From positions 152-64,151 of the forward strand of contig JAGQTO010000083.1 in the NCBI GenBank assembly GCA_020439025.1: a stretch of DNA of 64,000 nucleotides, in the 5' to 3' direction. The notes beneath the pieces were generated by a model that worked only from the letters and a program-made list of their open reading frames with translations, searched no databases and had not been told where the DNA came from. A program made the position numbers and the translations under genes. The stretch comes from Mycobacterium sp. Lineage in GTDB: Bacteria > Actinomycetota > Actinomycetes > Mycobacteriales > Mycobacteriaceae. Every line of letters starts with the position of its first letter. Positions within the stretch are counted from its first letter, which is position 1. This document shows, piece by piece, positions 58,852 to 64,000 of this stretch.

Positions 58852-60150
58852 GTGAGCGCCGTAGCGATCTTTGCGCTGGCCGTCTTCCTGGTCTCCTACC
58901 TGCTGATAGCCACCGAACGCATCAACAAGGTCAAGGCCGCACTCGGCGGGGCCGCCGTCATCGCGGCGGCCGGGATCGCCGGATCCGACGACATGTTCTA
59001 CTCCCACGAGACCGGAGTCGACTGGAACGTCATCTTCCTGCTGCTCGGAATGATGGTGATCGTCGGCGTCCTGCGCCGCACCGGGGTCTTCGAGTACACC
59101 GCCATCTGGGCGGCCAAACGGGCCAAGGGTTCGGCCCTGCGGGTGATGATCCTGCTGGCCCTGATCACCGCGGTCGCCTCGGCCCTGCTCGACAACGTCA
59201 CCACGGTCCTGCTCATCGCCCCGGTGACCCTGCTGGTCTGCGAGCGCCTGGGCGTCAACCCGGTCCCGTTCCTGATCGCCGAGGTCTTCGCCTCCAACAT
59301 CGGCGGCGCGGCCACCCTGGTCGGCGATCCCCCCAACATCATCATCGCCAGCCGGGCGGGCTTGTCCTTCAACGACTTCCTGGTGCACATGGCACCGCTG
59401 GTCCTGATCGTGCTCGCGGTGTTCCTGGCCCTGCTCCCGCTGATCTTCCGGGGCTCGTTCACCGTGGAATCGGACCGGGCCCAAGAGGTGATGTCGCTCA
59501 ACGAACGCGAGGCCATCCGCGACGTCCGGCTGCTGATCAAGTGCCTGGTAGTGCTGGCGGTGGTCTTCGCCGTGTTCCTCACCCATTCGATCACCCACAT
59601 CGAACCGGCCGTGGCGGCCCTGCTCGGCGCGGCAGTTCTCATCGTGATCACCGGAGTCGAACCGGAGCACTACCTGGACAGCGTGGAGTGGGAGACACTG
59701 TTGTTCTTCGCCGGGCTCTTCATCCTGGTCGGGGCCCTGGTCAAGACAGGAGTCATCGGCCAGATCGCGCAGTTGGCCGGCCAGGCCACCGGCGGCAACG
59801 CGCTGCCGGCCGCCATGGGCATCCTGGTGATCTCGGCGCTGCTGTCCGGGGTGATCGACAACATCCCCTACGTGGCCACCATGAGCCCGGTGGTCGCGGA
59901 TTTGACCACGACCATCGCCGATCCGGTTGCGGCTCAATCGCTGTGGTGGTCCCTGGCGATGGGCGCGGACTTCGGCGGAAACCTCACCGCGGTCGGCGCC
60001 AGCGCCAACGTGGTGATGCTCGGCATCGCCGCCCGGGAGGGGCATCCGATCAGTTTCTGGGAGTTCAGCCGCAAGGGGGCGGTGGTGACCGTGCTGACGA
60101 TCGCGCTGGCCGCGCCGTATGTGTGGTTGCGCTACTTCGCCTTCGGCTGA
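58852..60150 (+). CDS. ArsB/NhaD family transporter
   Basis: [41 protein letters not shown]. Confidence 0.88.
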   Translation: MSAVAIFALAVFLVSYLLIATERINKVKAALGGAAVIAAAGIAGSDDMFYSHETGVDWNVIFLLLGMMVIVGVLRRTGVFEYTAIWAAKRAKGSALRVMILLALITAVASALLDNVTTVLLIAPVTLLVCERLGVNPVPFLIAEVFASNIGGAATLVGDPPNIIIASRAGLSFNDFLVHMAPLVLIVLAVFLALLPLIFRGSFTVESDRAQEVMSLNEREAIRDVRLLIKCLVVLAVVFAVFLTHSITHIEPAVAALLGAAVLIVITGVEPEHYLDSVEWETLLFFAGLFILVGALVKTGVIGQIAQLAGQATGGNALPAAMGILVISALLSGVIDNIPYVATMSPVVADLTTTIADPVAAQSLWWSLAMGADFGGNLTAVGASANVVMLGIAAREGHPISFWEFSRKGAVVTVLTIALAAPYVWLRYFAFG

Positions 60151-60162
60151 CCCGGCGCGGCG

Positions 60163-61305
60163 CTACGCCGACCGGGTCTCGACGGGATCGTGACGCGGCC
60201 CGGACAGAAGGTCGTTGTAGTGCTCGACGAGCCGGTCGCAGACCACCGGCCAGGTGCGGCCCAGCACGCTGCGCCGGGCGGCCTGGGAGTAGCGCTCCCG
60301 CTGGCCGAGCAGATGGTCCACCGACCCCGACAGCCGCGCACCGAAATCGTTGGGCGCCAGCAGCAGGCCGGTGCGGAACGGGGTCACCAGGTCGCGGGGC
60401 CCGCCGGCGTCGGGGGCCACCACCGGAACCCCGGAGGCCAGCGCTTCCTGGACCGTCTGGCAGAAGGTTTCGTGCTCACCCGGGTGAACGAAGACGTCCA
60501 TGCTCGCGTAGGCCGCGGCGAGGTCCCGGCCGTACAGCGCGCCGGTGAAGACCGCGCCGGGCAAGACCGAACGCAGTGTGCCCCGATCGACGCCGTCACC
60601 GACGATGACCACCTGCAGATCGTCACGATGAGCCAGGGCGGCAAGACGTTCGACGTGCTTCTCCGGTGCCAGCCGGCCGACGTATCCGACCACCGGCTTG
60701 CCGTCCGGTGACCACGTCCGGCGAAGCCGGTCATCGCGTGCCGACGGGGCGAATCCGGTCAGATCGACCCCCCGTGGCCAATGGTGAACGCGGGGAACAC
60801 GCTGGGCGCGAAGATCGTCGATCGCCGCGGTCGAGGGTGCCAGGGTGCGGTCGGCCAGGCGGTGGAGATGACGCATCCAGGCCCGCACCGGCGCGGCGGC
60901 CAACGGCAACCCGTAACTGGCGGCGAAACCCGCCACATCGGTCTGATAGACCGCGACGGTGGGGACACCGAGGCGTCGGGCCGCGAGCAGCCCGCCGTAG
61001 CCGAGCAACGCCGGCGAGGCCAGATGGACGATGTCGGGATCGAAACCCCGCAGGACCCGCAGCATCCGCGGGCGGGGCACACCCATCGGAAGTGAGGTGA
61101 CCTTGGGCAGCATCCGGGAGGGCACCCGGTGCACCCTCACTCCGTCATGGACACGCGGCGCCGGAGACTGACCGCGGGGGTTGTCCGGGGCGATGACGAG
61201 CGTCTCATGTCCGATCCGGCGCAGGTGCTCGAGCACCCGCAGAACCGAGTTGGAGACTCCATTGACGTTGGGCAGGAACGATTCGGCAATGATCGCGACT
61301 CGCAC
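60163..61305 (-). CDS. mgtA: GT4 GDP-mannose-dependent mannosyltransferase (Rv0557-like)
   Basis: [36 protein letters not shown]. Confidence 0.85.
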   Translation of the reverse strand: MRVAIIAESFLPNVNGVSNSVLRVLEHLRRIGHETLVIAPDNPRGQSPAPRVHDGVRVHRVPSRMLPKVTSLPMGVPRPRMLRVLRGFDPDIVHLASPALLGYGGLLAARRLGVPTVAVYQTDVAGFAASYGLPLAAAPVRAWMRHLHRLADRTLAPSTAAIDDLRAQRVPRVHHWPRGVDLTGFAPSARDDRLRRTWSPDGKPVVGYVGRLAPEKHVERLAALAHRDDLQVVIVGDGVDRGTLRSVLPGAVFTGALYGRDLAAAYASMDVFVHPGEHETFCQTVQEALASGVPVVAPDAGGPRDLVTPFRTGLLLAPNDFGARLSGSVDHLLGQRERYSQAARRSVLGRTWPVVCDRLVEHYNDLLSGPRHDPVETRSA

Positions 61306-61376
61306 GGATTCAGGGTTGCACCACCCGGTGTCGCCGAGGTTGCGCACCGGAGTACGGCGGCCGTCGGGGGCCTGTC

Positions 61377-61416
61377 GGCTCAGAACGCTGCCGGCTGAGA
61401 ACGCTGCCGGCTCAGA
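61377..61416. repeat. 16-bp tandem repeat (2.5 copies)
   Basis: ggctcagaacgctgcc ggctgagaacgctgcc ggctcaga. Confidence 0.7.
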
Positions 61417-61572
61417 GGCTCACGAACGTGCGGCCGCTCGGCGGGTGATGTGACGCACGCAACGGGTGTGATCCGAACAACAAGGCCTTCCCGTTGTGAC
61501 AACGGATTCAGTACATTTTTCATACCAAAACAACTGAATACGCACATCGCAGGCCTTTTAAAGGATGAGATC

Positions 61573-61869
61573 ATGAGGAACGCAGCCCCTCTCGTCGGAG
61601 CAGCTCTCGTCGCCGCCGCGCTGGCCCTGTCCGCGCCGGCCAGCGCAACCCCGGCGATAACGGCCGGACTGTCCGACGCCGTCGCCACCGCCGCCGCCGC
61701 CCCCGGCGCGATCGGGCCCCAGGGGGCGAGCGGCAAGTTGACCGTCCAGGATTCGGGCCTGAAGCCGGAGGGCGCGCGCGTCGGTGTCAGCACCGTCGAC
61801 GGCGCCTACAGCAAGGCCGCCACAGACGGGACGATCACTCCGTCCGCGTCCTTCTCGCCCGCCCTGTAA
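61573..61869 (+). CDS. Small secreted hypothetical protein
   Basis: aaggatgag RBS, signal peptide ending APASA, GC3-biased codons. Confidence 0.65.
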   Translation: MRNAAPLVGAALVAAALALSAPASATPAITAGLSDAVATAAAAPGAIGPQGASGKLTVQDSGLKPEGARVGVSTVDGAYSKAATDGTITPSASFSPAL

Positions 61870-62205
61870 TTCCCGGGGGCTGGCGATACCCGTAGCCCGT
61901 TGGGCGACTCACAGTCGTCCTCGTCGGGGAACGGATCGTCGCCCAGGGGCACATCGGACGGGCCGACCGCGTCATCTCCCCGGCCCGGACCATGAACGCG
62001 GGGATGCCCTTGGGCCACCGAAGACCCCGCATCGCAGCAAACTTTTACGTCCACCCCCAGTGGGTCGGTCTGTTTCCGATTCCAGAGCACCGGGCCAACA
62101 CCGGGTGAACACTTGCCCGCAGGTGAATCACTGGTCACGGTACGTACACCGACACAACACCCGGAAGTCGTGGTTTCGCCATCCGGCTCGATGACTGTGC
62201 AGTCC

Positions 62206-63021
62206 GTGAGCACCTCTTCCGTACTCATCGCCCCCGACCACACCGACACCCGCGGGCTTCCCGGCCCGCGGTACTCACTGCTGCTGAGCTCCGATCCCGA
62301 GCTCATCGAGGCCGCGCAGCGACTGCGCTACGGCGTGTTCTCCACCGAGCCGGGTTTCACCCTCGACAACGCCACCTCGCTGGACGCCGACCGGTTCGAC
62401 GAGCACTGCGACCACATCCTGGTCCGCGAAGACACCACCGGCGAGTTGGTCGGCTGCTACAGAATGCTGCCGCCGCCCGGCGCCATCGCGGCCGGAGGGC
62501 TCTACACCGCGACCGAATTCGAGATTTCCGGCCTGGATCCGTTGCGGCCGTCGATGGTCGAGATGGGCCGTGCCGTGGTGCGCGGCGATCACCGCAACGG
62601 GGCGGTGATCCTGATGATGTGGGCGGGCATCCTCGCCTACCTGGATCGCTACGGCTATGACCACGTCATCGGGTGCGTCTCGGTGCCGACACACGGCGAG
62701 GGCCCTGCGGGCAGCGTCCTGCGGGGCGTCCGCGACATCGCACTGACCCGCCACCGCGCGCCGCAGGCTTACACCGTCCACCCCTACCGGCCGGTGACCC
62801 TCGGCGGCCGGCCACTGGAGGACATCGCCCCTCCCGAGCGGACCACCCTGCCGCCACTGATGCGCGGCTACCTGCGACTCGGCGCCCGGATTTGCGGGGA
62901 GCCCGCCCACGACCCCGACTTCGGTGTCGGCGACTTCCCGGCCCTGCTGGACAAACGTCAGGCCGACATCCGCTACCTCAACCGGCTGCGGTCGGCCTCG
63001 GCGGCCGGCCAGACCCGATGA
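62206..63021 (+). CDS. GNAT N-acyltransferase, OlsB-like (Rv3027c-like)
   Basis: AAQRLRYGVF, DRFDEHCDH, VGCYR, VEMGRAVV, PPLMRGYLRLGA, DPDFGVGD; start 62191 or 62206. Confidence 0.85.
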   Translation: MSTSSVLIAPDHTDTRGLPGPRYSLLLSSDPELIEAAQRLRYGVFSTEPGFTLDNATSLDADRFDEHCDHILVREDTTGELVGCYRMLPPPGAIAAGGLYTATEFEISGLDPLRPSMVEMGRAVVRGDHRNGAVILMMWAGILAYLDRYGYDHVIGCVSVPTHGEGPAGSVLRGVRDIALTRHRAPQAYTVHPYRPVTLGGRPLEDIAPPERTTLPPLMRGYLRLGARICGEPAHDPDFGVGDFPALLDKRQADIRYLNRLRSASAAGQTR

Positions 63022-63860
63022 CAGGAGCGGGCGGCGCCCACCCGTGGTTGCCCAAGACCACCTGTGACCATCACTGCGTGCTCTCCGGGCTCGGCGAACC
63101 CGGGCATCTCTTCCTGGAGACGCTGCGCTGCGTCCGGCGCATCACGGCCGCCGCGCTGGTGCTGATGGTGCTGCCCCTGCTCGCGGTGCCGCTGCCGGGC
63201 CACCTGCGGATCAAACGGCTGTACTGCCGGGCGATGCTGTCGGCCCTGGGTATCCGGATCACCCTGTCCGGCGGGCCGATCCGCAACCTGCGCGGGATGC
63301 TGGTGGTCAGCAACCACGTCTCGTGGGTGGACGTCTTCACCGTCGGCGCCGTCCTGCCGGGCACCTTCGTCGCCCGCGCCGATCTGATCGACTGGCCGGC
63401 CGTGGGACTGGCGGCGAGGCTGGCCAGGATCATCCCCATCGACCGCGGTGACCTGCGGGGACTGCCGGCCGTGGTCGACGCGGTCGCAGGACGGCTGCGC
63501 GGCGGGAGCACGGTGGTGGCTTTTCCGGAGGGGACGACCTACTGCGGCGCCGACCACGGCAGATTCCGTCCGGCCCTGTTCCAGTCCGCGATCGACGCCG
63601 CCCGCCCGGTCCAGCCGGTGCGGCTGACCTATCACCACCGCGACGGAAAGCTCTCGACGGCCACGGCGTTCCTCGGCGAGGACACGCTGTGGGCATCGCT
63701 GAAGCGAACCGCCCGGGCGCCCCGGACCGTCGTGCACCTCGAGGTCCGGCCGCTGGAACTGCCCGGGGTGCCCCGCAACGAACTGGCGGCACGGTGTGAG
63801 ACGGCGATCCGTGTGACCCCCGTCCCCCACCGGGATAACTGCGCCAACACAGAGGTTTAA
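63018..63860 (+). CDS. Lysophospholipid acyltransferase, OlsA/PlsC-like (Rv3026c-like)
   Basis: SNHVSWVD (NHxxxxD), FPEGT, FRPALF; ATGA overlap. Confidence 0.88.
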   Translation: MTGAGGAHPWLPKTTCDHHCVLSGLGEPGHLFLETLRCVRRITAAALVLMVLPLLAVPLPGHLRIKRLYCRAMLSALGIRITLSGGPIRNLRGMLVVSNHVSWVDVFTVGAVLPGTFVARADLIDWPAVGLAARLARIIPIDRGDLRGLPAVVDAVAGRLRGGSTVVAFPEGTTYCGADHGRFRPALFQSAIDAARPVQPVRLTYHHRDGKLSTATAFLGEDTLWASLKRTARAPRTVVHLEVRPLELPGVPRNELAARCETAIRVTPVPHRDNCANTEV

Positions 63861-63933
63861 ATTCACATGAACACTGACCGTATTTTCCGAAGGTCGTGCT
63901 GTCGGCCCACCCGGGGCTCCGCAGAATGTTCAA

Positions 63934-64000
63934 GTGAATACTGAGCTCATCATCCTGGTGCTGCTGATCGCCACCGCACTGGCGTTCGATTTCACCAATG
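63934..64000 (+). CDS. pitA: Inorganic phosphate transporter Pit, N-terminus (runs off window)
   Basis: GTG start, VNTELIILVLLIATALAFDFTN matches the Pit N-terminal DFTNGFHD signature; only 22 codons visible. Confidence 0.7.
   Translation, partial: MNTELIILVLLIATALAFDFTN

Noticed and set aside
58841-58860. Duplicated gtgagcgcc at the CBS/transporter junction
   Set aside because: Small local duplication; both genes remain intact.
61806-62306. Minus-strand ORF with acidic patch DDPFPDEDD
   Set aside because: Overlaps two plus-strand genes, with no clear start, RBS or motif.
1-64000. tRNA, rRNA, IS elements, integrases, defence systems
   Set aside because: None recognised by eye; tRNAscan/Rfam/ISEScan-type searches would be needed to exclude them formally.

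Overview
High-GC actinobacterial chromosomal DNA, almost certainly from a pigmented environmental Mycobacteriaceae member (Mycolicibacterium-like). It opens with the FAS-II tail (kasA partial, kasB, accD6) and the glpD/TetR/alkyl-DHAP-synthase-like/DAG kinase block. Next come a DUF222-HNH gene with a perfect LexA box, a DyP-encapsulin operon, a PAP2 + HAD + Ugp-like ABC module, mscR, a plant SABATH-like methyltransferase and a full aromatic carotenoid cluster (crtE-I-B-Yc-Yd-T-U-V). The second half holds a DUF4185 (GH183-like) secreted protein, an orphan ascorbate-type PTS (IIA-IIB fusion + IIC), a TetR/FAD monooxygenase/methyltransferase cassette with clear operators, and an IdeR-boxed EfeU + cupredoxin-only pair. 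It ends with menB, a PucR regulator with a MabR-like operator facing a desaturase operon, an mgtA-like glycosyltransferase, an OlsB/OlsA-like acyltransferase pair and the start of a Pit transporter. I saw no rRNA, tRNA, CRISPR array, transposase or integrase. Nothing here is demonstrably a wholly new system. The best candidates for follow-up are the minimal EfeU-cupredoxin iron module, the MabR-like desaturase switch, the orphan PTS and the monooxygenase/methyltransferase cassette. All family assignments come from motif recognition, not database searches.
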